Below are positions 48,901 through 61,199 of a stretch of DNA of 64,000 nucleotides, piece after piece. Made by a program: the position numbers and the translations under genes. The notes under the pieces are model-generated. The model was given only the letters and a program-made list of their open reading frames with translations. It did not search any database and was not told the origin of the DNA. The stretch is from Dicyema japonicum (lineage: Eukaryota > Animalia > Dicyemida): the NCBI GenBank assembly GCA_011109175.1, contig RDEW01000034.1, positions 242,140 to 306,139 of the forward strand, given 5' to 3'. How positions within the stretch are numbered: position 1 is the first letter of the stretch; the number at the start of each line of letters is the position of its first letter.

Positions 48901-50059
48901 CAAGACCCCCTAAACTGAGGTAGTTTTCAGAAGGTTTTGAAATTTCCACTATCCGCGTAATTCTCCTGTATCTTTTGGCATCTGGTGCTTGATTTTTCTA
49001 TTAATTTCAAAAAAGTGTGCTGGAATTGAACAATATTTCAATTTAGGTGACGTGACAAAGATGTATTTCAATTTATCTAGATTCTATTAATAGCCCTGAA
49101 TATACCGGTAATGATTAAGTGTCAATTATCGTATAATTATGAAATATCTAGTTTCCACGGTCTGTGTAAGACGCTTTTTTCTAACCATCACGTCTATTTA
49201 CATCAGGAACCTTTACAGTGGAGTTAGAAATAGAGTCATTTGTTAGGGATGTCAGCCGTGCAGAGAGCGTTTCTCTAGAGAGGTGGATCACATGACACTT
49301 CTCAATAAGAAGGCACAGAACAGTAAAAAATACTTTGACCAAGAAATGTAGCAGTGTGAGAATCGAAATGACAACTAATCGAGACACATGTGACGGCAAT
49401 CGAATGCAATGTACGACCTTTCCACTAGCAGTTGCTACAACTATTGAGAACTTTATGGAAGAATTGATAAATATAAAATTTGGATGGAAATTGATTTTAT
49501 TTGAATTTTTCAGATATAAAAAATAATGACAAATTTTTTTAAATTAATAATTTCAATGTTAGCTAAAAATATTGAACATCCAATATTTTCATAGTTTAAT
49601 TGACTAATATCCACAGACACGTACTCAGTAAGTCCAATTTGAGATAATTATCAAATTTCTAGTAAAAAGTCAGATATGTCTCAGCATATAAGTTAGGATC
49701 CACTCACAAGCTAAGGGACAGGTTCTCAAAAAGTCGAATTTGAGAAAATTAATAAAATTTGTACGTATTATTTTGGACAACTATTATCATGTGACTTAAA
49801 AATGTGAATTCCGTTGAGGGAAGTCTCGAGGGCTCACAAGTGATCCAAAAACTGCTGTTTTCGGAAATTGCATAAAGTCAGTTTAAGACTAATTAAATTT
49901 ATAGAATTAAACTTGGATGCACTACAGCAAATAAATTATATAAGAAAGGTTACCGGGGAAATTAATATTGTCAAGTGAAACTGAACAAAACTCTCAGTGA
50001 TCACGCATGTTTGGATTATCTCATTACTGGGTCATTTATTTAATTATTTAATGTGTCGC

Positions 50060-50390
50060 GAGCTCTGAGAGTGATCCATCTATGTCAATCAATGTCAAAA
50101 ATAAAAATAATCCCTTTTTTGCAAATCCAACATTGTCGGGAGCGCGGTATACACACAGCATGCAGCGAAAAAACGATGAGGGAAAAGGAGAAGAAATAGG
50201 AAGCGCTACGAGACCGATTTTCGTTCTATTCCATTGTGGTCGAGACAACTGGAGGAATAAGTGGGAGATCGCTTCGCTTTTTAAATAAACTTAGACGCCT
50301 AACTACACCAAAAAGCCACGACGCATGTGAGACCCAGTGGCTTCTCCAGTTGATCTCTGTTTAAATCGTGAGAGGTAATGTCGGCGGGGA
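50060..50390 (+). mobile_element. CRE RLE 3' end
   Basis: VETTGGISGRSLRFLNKL..ETQWLLQLISV..VRGN. Confidence 0.75.
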
Positions 50391-50699
50391 CCACTTTGGA
50401 TGAGTTGCTGTGTTAGTTAGTTGTTACTTTTAAAATGTGTTATTTTGTTGCTACAAAAAAATATCAAAGTTAACTGAGACCACTTAAAAAAGTGATAAAC
50501 TAGTAATTAAAAAAGTGATAATTAACTAATATTTTTGGTGGTTTTGAATTTTGTTAGACAATTTCTCGACAAAAGTAACTAGATTCCCATACGGATGTTC
50601 AAATTTTTTTAATCTAAGAGAAGGATAATTATTTAAATACGAACCTTTAACAAATTAAAAATAGAATACAATATCTCCACATCTAACTCATATTTTGAT

Positions 50700-51330
50700 C
50701 GATGAACTCCCATCTTCCTATTCATTCTTCTATAATACGAAGACTTCAAGTTTACCCTTTCAAAGTTATACTGGAACTCATCGGCTTTACAACTCATCAT
50801 CTTACTTTTCTACATCTTCCAATTCTTCTATATTAAAAATTCTGGATTTTCGTGAACATCTGATTCCAAACCTTGGAAATAGCATAAATTTATACCTTTT
50901 TAGGTCAATCAAATCAATCAGAAATCTCTCATTAGGTACATAACAAAAAATATGACTCAGATCGTTGTAACTTTTCAGTAGCACTGCAGACAGGTATATA
51001 TCGCAGTCTCTTCCACCTGACGTATATTTTAATGAAGCATAATCTATTTCCAAACAATTCTTCCAAAGTATTTGTCAAGAATGGTTAGCGTCATGCATCG
51101 CTTCGGCACTTATCCGCATCTCCTCTGTTGGTTGGGCGATAACGAGCCTGTGATTAGATAACGAATCTTCAAGATAGAGATTTCCGTCTATCAAAAAGAT
51201 GTTCTCTGCCTTCTTTTTAAGTCTATACTTCCGAGCTGCTGATTCATTCAGGTCTCGTGCTCCGAAAATGCATTTTATAACGTTGTACTCTTGAGTATTT
51301 TTTATAGTAACTTTGTTAGGCATCTGGACA
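50700..51330 (-). mobile_element. Ginger/GIN-like (KRBA2/SCAND3-type) DDE integrase remnant
   Basis: RKYRLKKKAENIFLIDGNLY..MHDANH (Zn HH)..C.I..ERFLIDLIDLKRY; catalytic core deleted. Confidence 0.65.
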
Positions 51331-51439
51331 ACGTGATTAGTGTGGTTACTTTTTTGATTTTTTTGTCAAAAATTATGGTATGCCGACAAAATTGGTGTAA
51401 ATCTATTATAAAATACTATTACATATAATAAATTAAATT

Positions 51440-51690
51440 TATTCCAAAGACCAAGGGAACCAAACTTACTAGCTCATGATCTTGACTCGTTCCAGCGTTG
51501 CAGAACTTGTCTCTAGGTAACGACATTGACTCCGGGGAAAGAATATTGGATCCTCTTGATGCTGGCCAGGCATTGGGCGTCTCGTCAGTAAGGTGGATCC
51601 AATGACGCCATCAAATGGAGGGAAAATAATTTTTGAAACACTAACCACATAACTCCACATGGCGCCACGCGGTTGACGTGATAATAATTA
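51440..51690 (+). mobile_element. Same family, copy 3 (with ~70-bp deletion)
   Basis: ggatccaatgacgccatca, ccaggcattggg.gtctc; deletion shared with copy 4. Confidence 0.65.
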
Positions 51691-51714
51691 TTATTACCTA
51701 ATATTATATTATAT

Positions 51715-51930
51715 AGGATTAATTAATATTGAACCTTACGAAATAAAGAAGGAAGTAATTTTAATTGAAGTGGGGATTACCTCACAAGACCGACTAAAGC
51801 AAGTTGAAGTTGAGTAACTTCACAAATATGACTTGCTAGCAAATGAACTTTCGCTGCTCTATGAATGCCAAGTGAAAATTATTCCAGTGGTTTTGACATG
51901 GGATGGAGTTGTCTCAAAATTCCTGACGTT
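51715..51930 (+). mobile_element. R4/Dong-like (microsporidia-type) RLE C-terminus
   Basis: VILIEVGITSQDRLKQVEVE*LHKYDLLANELSLLYECQVKIIPVVLTWDGVVSKF. Confidence 0.85.
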
Positions 51931-52379
51931 TCCACCGCGAATGGAACAAAAAGATAGTATTGATTAATTTTTATTAAACACGATAGATGTTGACACCTGT
52001 CAAATCGCGTGTCATCATTCTCAGCGCTCGCTACATAGTAAATCTGAATGTACCAGGAAGAGGTTATAAATCAATTAAAACAACAATAATAACAATTTAT
52101 TATCGAAGAGTTTAGAAGTTTTATGGAAGGTGAAGTCAGTGTAATGAATGTATATTTATTTCCCATGGTAGGAATGAGAACTATCCCTTCAAGTATCACA
52201 TCCAAATTTATTACTGTGATAACCATTCTACAGGAATAGAAATAGTAATTCTTTTAAAATCTCTATCAAATGAGCTAGTTTACCAAACAAAAAGTATAAA
52301 AAATGAATGCTCTAAAGCTAGAGTTGCAAAACTTTCCATCCATCTTAGCAAAATAAAAAAAAACATCATTATCCTAGAA

Positions 52380-52980
52380 TTACTTTGTCAAAGAAAATGA
52401 AATAAAAGTTCTAAACAAATTAGGTGATTTCAGACCGACAAGGGCCACCAGTAAGGTTTATTTTCTGATGAAAGTTTTCCTTAATAAAAAAATCTGAGGA
52501 AGCACTCAGATTAGCTAGAAAAATGCTCAACGAGGTCTTCAGGGTGTAAACCATCTTAATCATAAGCTCAACCTGGGAGTTAGAAAATCATAAACTGGCG
52601 AATCAATGTGGACTTGTGTGGTCCCATAATATGGAAATCCAAAGATACAATTATTAAACTTGGAAATTCAGAAATTTGAATTTAGAGTTTAATCGGGGGA
52701 TCAAATCAATGATGACAATTCCCTAATTCAATGTAATAAAAATAAAGAAATTTTTTAGTGAAAATAGGTCAATGACATTCGGATATTTTCGGATAGATTT
52801 AGGGATCTCGCCTGTGAACTGTTGTTGGAGAAGGATAGCCATAAAGAAAAGAGAAGTACTCGATTATTATAAATCGCGGTCATTGGCTTTCAAGCAATTG
52901 GAGAAGTAAAGCACTCAGCCAAAGATACAATTATTATGACTTGAAAATGCAAAATATTGAATTTGAGAGTTTATTCTGAG
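52380..52980 (+). mobile_element. Degraded LINE RT fragments with a local ~55-bp direct duplication
   Basis: GDFRPTRATSK (GFR..RST motif); ccaaagatacaattatta..ttg.aaat.ca.aa.ttgaatt repeated at ~52640 and ~52919. Confidence 0.35.
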
Positions 52981-53689
52981 ACATACAAGTATGACTTTGA
53001 CTTATCCTCAGAAAGCGCGCGAAAAGAAAATAAATTTATTCCAGGTTTGTAGTGACAACCCAACTAGGGGACTGACTCAGAATCAGTGGGAAACTGTCAT
53101 GAATTTGATCAAGGTTCACTTTCAGTCCTAATGACAAAGATAGGAAGTTTTCCCTCAGTTTGATGTGGATTATTTGGATTTAGGACCGATTTGTAGACAA
53201 ACACTATTCCTCTGACTCTTCGAAAAGAATGAAGTCGGTATTATAGCCTCCCTGTCGTTTTTGACTAACTGTTTGCTCACCGCTTATTTTAGATGAGCGG
53301 ACCGCAAACATTACAGCTATCTTCACTGATCCGGTCATTATAGACCGCATTATAACGGAACCCGAGTCAAATGTGAAAAGTTCTTATGGAACGTTTCCAG
53401 CATTTTATGCAATATCGTCTACCACGTGCATGGTAAACCAATTTACTTTTCAAAAAGAAATAACTTTGATTTATTAAAAAACGGAATTGTCAATATTATC
53501 AAAAAGATCGCTTTGAGAAAAAGCTTCTCCCGATAGTTGCCGGGACAAATCTCAGACTTTATAACCAAAAACTAGGGATATTACATTCAGCTAAATTTCA
53601 CGGGTATCCTCAAGTTGACGTCCAAGAGGATGAACAAGCCATTTTTCGTAGCAAATATCACATTTATGTTATAAAAACGGAAGATTCAA

Positions 53690-54430
53690 CCTCAGAGGAT
53701 TACCCCACAAAGATATTTATCAATCATTTCCGTTAAATAATATTAATGCTTAACTACGCAGTATGGAAACGCCCTTTATTCTGCTTGGGTTGATGTGAAG
53801 AAGTCCTTTGATTCTGTTGACCATAAATATTTATTTCATGTATTGGACTGTTCAGGAATACCCCGTTGAATTGTTAACTTTGTGAAGACCATAGTCAAGA
53901 AGTGGACTGTAAATCTCCACTTAGATGGAAGAAGAATTGGTTCTGTAAAACTGGGACGTGGAATTCTGCAAGGAGATTCATTATCCCCTCAACTATTTGT
54001 TGTGGTAATGGAACCCTTGAGCAGGATCCTTAACTCTATGTTCCCAAGACTCCAAATTAATCAGGAGGATCCTAATACTCTGACTTTTCTGCCAATCATT
54101 TGGTGTTCATTGATGACCTAAAGATAATTGAGCTAAAAGAAGATACTGTTATTAAAATTCGGAAAAGTCAGTCTCTAATGTTAAATCGTCATCATGTTGC
54201 GAGACTCTGGAAGGAGTCAGTGAATATCGATATTTGGGTGTTTTTGAAGACGAAAGAAGTAATGTTCTTGAACAAAGTTATGGAGTCCATTTTTTGAAGA
54301 CAAGGGAAGTAATGTTCTTGAAAATAAAGTTATGGAGTCCATGTTAAGAAGAGAATAGCCATGATTTCAAAAACTAAGTTAAATTCTGCGAAATTGTTTG
54401 GTGCAATAAATGAATACGCAATTTGCCACT
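53690..54430 (+). mobile_element. R4/Dong-like RT core
   Basis: SAWVDVKKSFDSVDH, GRGILQGDSLSPQLFVVVMEPLSRILN, NHLVFIDDLK, LFGAINEYAI. Confidence 0.9.
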
Positions 54431-55439
54431 TCGATTCATTTCCGTTAATTCCGTGATTGACTATTGTTCCGTGTTATTCCTATTTTTCATTTAGTGTAAC
54501 AGAAATATAAGCAGGAGAATATAAACTTCTTTGTTGGTTCGGTGGAATCCAAATGCTAAAGCTGCATCAACTTCCCCAATAAATACTTGTGAAACATGAA
54601 AATAATCAATATATTGAAAATCCAGCTAAACTAATAGATATACCAAGTAGAACAAATAAAATACAAACCAACGAAGAGAGCGGCAATTATTGTAAATATT
54701 CTAAAGAAATCACACAAAGAATACATTGCAATAGAATTTGAAAGGACAAATCAAATAGTGGAGAAAAATCCATATTTATAGGTTACCGAAACATGTATAT
54801 ATAATAGACATTTTGATAACAACCTTCCGCACTACTTGATGAATCCGTGGAAAGTAGAATATAATTTAGAATATAAAAAAATACAACAAGAACAGCTAGA
54901 ATGTGACAGCAACACACTAATAAAATATTATTAAAAAGTATACCACAATGTAAACCAATTTTTAAAAATAAATTAATATTAAATTAATTTTTAAGCTATT
55001 TAATAAACTGAATTAACACTAAGTGAATAACCAAACAGGGCTAATGTTTCTGGCAGAAATCTTGGATGAGCCAGCCGATTATAAAATTAAGTTTATATTT
55101 TTAATTATATACACGAATGTTGATATTGAACTGGAATGATTTATATAGGATTCGAGTAGATTGGAATCAACGACTGTTGTCAATAATAATCCTACCTTTC
55201 TCCCTGACCAAACCCTCTGATGAAGATTGCATCATGAAAACTATTCCGCTAAAGAATGAAGTGATGTCCGCGACGGTTGGATGTGAGACAAAAATGGAAT
55301 AGGGCGAACCTACTTCTCCACCTCTTTTCGAAGTGGAGCCTGTAATGAAATATTGGAAGATGGATTTGGTCGGCACAAGCAGATGTTCTCCCTTTGGTTC
55401 CTTCCTTGGATTAGTTAGTTATGACTGTTTGTGCTGGGC

Positions 55440-56140
55440 TTACAATGGTAAGCCTGGGGTTAATTAGAATAATAAACCTGGAAGGCCAAGAGATGACTCA
55501 GCGTCTTTTAGACCAGTGTCACTACTATGTTCCATGTCAAAAATCCAGGAGAGACTTGTGTTCGGGAGAATAAACGAATTTTTAGCAGAGAGGCCTTTTT
55601 ACTTCGATTCAAAAAGATCCACGTCTACATATTTATAAACATTGACTGACATTCGAGTCGGATTTACAAAAAAGCCTAAGCAATTAAAAACAGTGCTTTG
55701 TTCGATCGACATATAAGTCTCGAGGAAGATTCTATAGAGAAAAATATTTCAATCGGAGATCCCAGGGAAGCTCATGCTTTAGATCACCAACTTTCTAAGG
55801 GGAAGTGTATGCCTCGGAGGTCTGAAATCAATTTCACGTCTCCTCCACAACGGAGTCCCTCAAGGATCTCTATTATCCCCTACTCTGTTTAACTTCATTC
55901 GTCCGGTCTCTCGACACTTGAATCTAATAATGATGCTCTACTCTCGTATGCGGATGATATTGTGTTGGCTTCGTGAGATCGGGACATTCAAAAGGCCACA
56001 GAATGAATATCCACGTCCCTTTTACCTCGGACAAAAGATTGGAAGGAAGACAGTCACCTTGAAGTTAAACAAGGTCGACATCTCTTTCAAAAGATGTCAA
56101 AAAATCTTGGATGTGACAATTGATTGCATTTCTGTTTGAC
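55440..56140 (+). mobile_element. Jockey/I-like RT
   Basis: KPGK..DDSASFRPVSLL, RSTST, NGVPQGSLLSPTLFN, SYADDIV. Confidence 0.85.
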
Positions 56141-56369
56141 ACACACGTAGACGTCTCCCGAGTCTATCGCCTTGTCCATGTTCACTAGAAGAAAAACCAA
56201 TACAAGTACGTCACGACCTCAACCTTCAGACAAATTAATCACTTATCTAACTGGTTATTTTTTTGAAACACAAAATGCTATCAAATTGAGCTCAACGTGT
56301 ATCGTTTGCATAAATATGTCAAATTTTTAATTTATGGGTCAAAAATTGAATTAATTTACAAAATTAAAT

Positions 56370-57140
56370 TTACAGTTTTTTTAAATCAATTTTACGCTTT
56401 TTCTGTATTCTGTTAGCGTACCAAGTCCTTATAGTATGCTCCGGCAGATCAAAGGTTTTTGCAATTTTTTGAATCTCTAGTTTGTACGGATAATTGTTCT
56501 TATTAAAAATATTCTCCAACTTCTTTTTGATATCTCCTTTAAAACATCTTCTTTTCTTGACAGTTTGACACGGTAACAAACTGATCTTGGATTTAGAGAG
56601 GCTGTCTCTCATTATTTGATCCAAAATATCGACAAACTGAGGTCTAAGGTTCTCCATTTTTAAAAAAGGCATTTTCCCAGTTTCAAAACGACAAACCGTC
56701 GATTGACAAATGGGGTATTCATGTTGCTCCATTAGCGATGCGATCTCATGTTGCGAATAGCCAAGTCTCTTACGCTCTCTCATAAAGAAATTGGAGAAAT
56801 GATAAATGTCTGACTCTGAATTTTCTATTTCAAAATAACTGTTGGCATGGACATGTGATCCATTTGGTTGATGGGGGCAACTCCAGAATAGATCATTACT
56901 ATCCTGTCTGGAAAAATTGTCGGTCTCTTGATAGTAATGATGTTCATCCGATTCGAAATTGCCCACAGAGTTGTAGTTCAGGAAATTATATGAATTCTCA
57001 GGGTCATCTGCATAAAAGGGATCTGTAAATTTCAAATGAGAGCAATTACAGGAATAATCGAAGTCGTTTTCCACGAAGTCATTATCGGGAATCGTATAAT
57101 TTTTGAAATTGTTATTATTGCTCATCAGAATGCGAAGCAC
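56370..57140 (-). CDS. Divergent POU-domain homeobox transcription factor (intronless, 256 aa)
   Basis: Open 256-aa ORF. POU-specific-like segment FMRERKRLGYSQHEIA..ICQSTVCRFETGKMPFLKMENLRP, ~19-aa linker, then homeodomain KKRRCF..LENIFNKNNYP..IAKTFDLPEHTIRTWYANRIQKKRK (L16, F20, Y25, P26, L40, W48, N51 and Q54 kept). POU class not assignable by eye. Confidence 0.88.
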   Translation of the reverse strand: MLRILMSNNNNFKNYTIPDNDFVENDFDYSCNCSHLKFTDPFYADDPENSYNFLNYNSVGNFESDEHHYYQETDNFSRQDSNDLFWSCPHQPNGSHVHANSYFEIENSESDIYHFSNFFMRERKRLGYSQHEIASLMEQHEYPICQSTVCRFETGKMPFLKMENLRPQFVDILDQIMRDSLSKSKISLLPCQTVKKRRCFKGDIKKKLENIFNKNNYPYKLEIQKIAKTFDLPEHTIRTWYANRIQKKRKIDLKKL

Positions 57141-57189
57141 ACGTGTACGGGAATTTACACTAAAATATTCCCAACGTTACGAAACTACG

Positions 57190-57500
57190 TTAAACGATGT
57201 AAACTAGTGATCGATCATGGTTTCTCTCGTCAAGTCTACGACCACTGCTGGGTTAATCCAGAAGCAGCATAAAAGGTTGAAAACGTCCATACCTCGCAGT
57301 CGTGGGAACCCATCCAGTGGATGGGGGAAATAAAATGATCATTTACATGCCACCCTGGCAGTGTGCGCCATCTGAGACAGGTGGATCATATAACACCACT
57401 ATATTCTAACAGAACATTGGCCTCGGGATTGTGAGAGGTAATTCCCATTGCATGCTCAATGCCTGCAGGCCATAATGGAGACCTATCATAACAACTTTAC
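57190..57500 (+). mobile_element. CRE 3' end directly upstream of the POU start codon
   Basis: Tail homologous to 23360-23450; degenerate RLE coding. Confidence 0.6.
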
Positions 57501-57623
57501 TTAATTTTAATAATTGTTTTCACATGATTTTAAAGTTAAAATGCAATAATTTGTATATTTTTATTACCATAAAAAATAATGTTAGTTTCATAAATTATGT
57601 TAATATCGAAAACATTTTATTAA

Positions 57624-57960
57624 TCATGTTAATTCGATGAGAAATTCATCTGCAGTTATCCTAGAGATAATTAATTCTTTATTAAAAATAAAATTACAGG
57701 GTGCAGTCCTAGCTTCAAATCTGCTCAAATAACTAACAGCGTTCACAGAAGTCCTCTGACAAGCTGAGATTAGTTTTGGGCACGATGGGCATAGGGGAAA
57801 AGACGATTGTCTAATCCTGTACAGATGCGATAGTAAATCCACGTGGTGATCACAAAGTAAACGCGCCAAGTGGACATGAACATCCCGCGCTATGGAAGCT
57901 GGTGGACTACGTTCCAGAAGCTTGTTGATAACAAGGCTTCTAATGGCTTTAGTTGATACC
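57624..57960 (-). mobile_element. Jockey/I-like LINE 3' end
   Basis: ARLLCDHH..LSHLYRI..PLCPSCP terminal CCHC-like motif. Confidence 0.65.
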
Positions 57961-59699
57961 CGGTCATGGACTGCGATTGATAGGGCTCAGTATCGTCTCT
58001 TGTATTGAAGATATAACATTCTAAATACATTTCAATGACAGAGATATATTAACAGTTGGGAGTCCAGAGTAACGAGGTAGGAATCCTTTTCTTTAATTCC
58101 CCTTGAACTTTCCAACTTATTTGTCCCATGTAATAATAGTTACGTTGTACTGAAAGTAAGATCTTCTTTTGCAAATCTAGTAGACCCTCCCAACTGTAGC
58201 TATATCTCAGTCAAGGAAATCATTTTATAAGTATTATTGTATTGATTTATCTAATCACTAGAAATCACTCCCACATGGAAAAGAAAACTTTTAACTCATC
58301 TTTATTCTTTCTCTCCATACGTGAGTCAGACATCTATCCTCTATGGCATTCAATGGGATATCCTCGTAATCACCGCTTAGTTGATCCTCAGTTTAATTAG
58401 ATGGAGAGATGAACCCATCATCAGACATCTTAATTCAATGCCTTTACTCGATTACTATACTCTCCTGAGTTTTCTTTAGTTCGAGTGATTGAATTTATGC
58501 CCTCTTTGTTTCTATAGGTAATTGTCCATATACTTTTGAAGCACTAGATAGCTCCATCATAGATAAACAGTATTTGTAACAAAATATGGTATATGTTGAA
58601 AGATAGATGAACTGAGTCAAGAATGTTAGTCAGATGCTTATGCTCAATTATCATATCTTCCAATAAACCATGTGGCCACGTAAAATGTAATTCCGTTGAG
58701 TATTGTCCAGATATAGAAAAGTGTTAGATAAATAGTCTTAAAAAAGCAGATTTATCATCTCTGTTGTGGTCTCAAGAATAGATGGAACATATCTCCCTTC
58801 TTGCTCATAGTATCAATATTTTTGAATATCTTTTTACATCAGGAGGACTCCCTTCGGATCGTATCGCTTTTAAAAGGCGCATGCATGAAAACAGCCACAG
58901 AGTTTCGTTTCGAGTCAACTCTTTTTAAGCTTTTTTGTGGCTGCTTCATGCAGGTGTAGTGGATCAGCTAACCTTTCTTAGATGGATTTGATTCATGGTG
59001 ACATTATTCCAATGAAAACACATCCAAAAAAACAGTGAGTGACCCTGGACCCCTAACTCTCTTTCTCTCGACATATAAAGAACGTTCTGACAAGAGTCCT
59101 TAGAAAACTCATAACCTTTTAAACTCCTGGACCCAGCCTCACAGGAATGCGCAGCCGTCTTATACTACTAGTTCTTAAAGCCGACAATGGAGTACGCCAT
59201 GCCTCATGGGCTTTCGGAATTTCAAACTTCTACAAAATAAATTCCTTAAGAAAAAATGCTTAACTATTTCCCCATTACTCGAAATTTCGGCAATCCGAAA
59301 CAATAATTACGGCTTCATCACTATCTGCGACTCGGAGTTATCGCTTCTAGCAATCATCAATAAAAGCCGCCGATACACGTAAATTGGGAAAAAACTCACG
59401 CCTCTCCAGAAAAGAACGTCGTGGATTTAGAAAAGCTGTGGGTACTGTGGAGGAGCACAGACGAGCTCTCGATTCCGTTTAGCACGACCAGGAGGAAGTC
59501 AAAACGATGCTAGAAGTTACCACCATTGTGAATTACTTTCGTAGTTTCCTCACCATGGTTATTTTAGTGAGTGTATTCCGCGTATTACTGCTATTTTTAA
59601 TTTATTGAGAACAGAATGGAACTGAAAAGTCAAAGGAAGCTTTTTGTCTCTGTATATTGAGCTTACAAACGGTCTCTGAAATCATAGTAAGAATTCAGA

Positions 59700-60300
59700 T
59701 TTGAATGCAAATTATAATGAATAGGAGACAAAAATACTTAGAGTCGTCAATCAACACGTTTATTAGATGAATTTCACTTTGGTTTAGTATCTCTTCAGGA
59801 ACCTTCACCAGCGTGTTTCTATTTATTATTTCAAGCCACTTGAAAGGTACATCGCCCGGAACTTACTGAGTGTTTGAATGTAGCATTGCAGAGATATAAT
59901 CTGATCACCAGAAAGATTCATTAAGTTTTTCCTGTGTGATCCAATACATAGGTCTCTATCAGGTGCTATTCCAGCTCTAGCATTCCAGTCTCCAGCAATA
60001 AATAAGAAGTGGGATGAGGAGAGTTCAGCACATTCAATTGAGAGGCAATCATAGAACTCTTTATGTTCCTTGCTACTGTTGGGGGAACTAATCACGGATT
60101 TCATGATTCTATTCGATTATTGATACTCTTGTTTGCTGACATATTGTTCAATGCTATTAAGCACAGCGGAACCAAGACCATAATTCGGGTATCCGGAGGA
60201 GAAGAACATAAACGTATAGTCAATAATACTGATCATGTGTTGCTTCTTTATCTTGATTTCTTCTAGACAGAAGATTGATATTTGTAGCTTCTAGAGCTAG
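59700..60300 (-). mobile_element. RTE APE fragment
   Basis: EFYDCL..FLFIAGDWNARAG..CIGSH. Confidence 0.7.
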
Positions 60301-60329
60301 CTCACACCTCTTCTGATCATCGTTTAAGA

Positions 60330-60740
60330 CACGTGTGTTTAGGAAGCCAATTTTATTGTGTTAGTAAAGGCGACACTGTTCCGAACAAGTGTCCTCGACT
60401 ACGAGAGATCCTGTTAATGTTTAGTTTCAGAAGTTCGGAGAAATGCCTGAATTCGGGAATGCATAGACACCTCTTCCCATTCAAAATTATCAAATTCCTC
60501 GCTAAAGCTCGAGAAATCTAAAATAAGAAAATACTACAGCTTCTCCAACAGATTCAACGTGTAGCCCATTGTCGTCGAGACGACTGGAATCTTTGATCCA
60601 AAGACTGTCTCTTTTTTTAAGATCGGTTGGATCAGTGGTATTGAAAGTGTCCAACGAGCATTTGAAAATAGAATCGCTGTTACAAATGATTTCTCTGGTA
60701 TTCGTGAGGAAAAACAGCCACTCCATTCTTTTCAAAAATT
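60330..60740 (+). mobile_element. CRE RLE 3' end
   Basis: EKSKIRKYYSF..PIVVETTGIFDP..QMISLVFVRKNSHSIL*. Confidence 0.8.
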
Positions 60741-60749
60741 AAAAGTATT

Positions 60750-60990
60750 CTAAAGACCAAAGGTAACCAAACTAACTGCTTCATCCTGCCTCGTTCCAGC
60801 GTTCCAGAACTTTTCTCCATGTAAGGACATTGTCCCCCGGGAAAAGAATAGTTGGATCCTCTTGATGACTGCCAGGCATTGTGAGTCATGTGGATCCAAT
60901 GACGGCATCAGAGGAAGGAAAACAATTTTTGACCAACTAGCCACATAGCACAACATGGAGCCAAGCGACCAACTTTGATTATTTTGTTAT
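60750..60990 (+). mobile_element. Same family, copy 4 (with ~70-bp deletion)
   Basis: ctcgttccagcgtt.cagaactt and ggatcctcttgatg..ccaggcattg shared with the 51.5-kb copy. Confidence 0.65.
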
Positions 60991-61039
60991 TAAGCTGTGT
61001 TACTTTAAAAAATTTTTATTGTATTTATTTTTAAAATTA

Positions 61040-61180
61040 TTTTTTAAGATCATTTTATTTTGAGTTGAAAACAATGGATGACCTCGATGAACTAAGAGAT
61101 CTTGCGAAACGGCGAGGCCTTTGGATGCGATTGGTGCAAAGGGTGGCCGGCGCGCCACAAGGGAACCTTAATTGACTTTT
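61040..61180 (+). mobile_element. RTE 3' end (family of 14903-15186)
   Basis: LKTMDDLDELRDLAKRRGLW. Confidence 0.7.
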
Positions 61181-61199
61181 GTTTTTATGTGTTCTTGGC

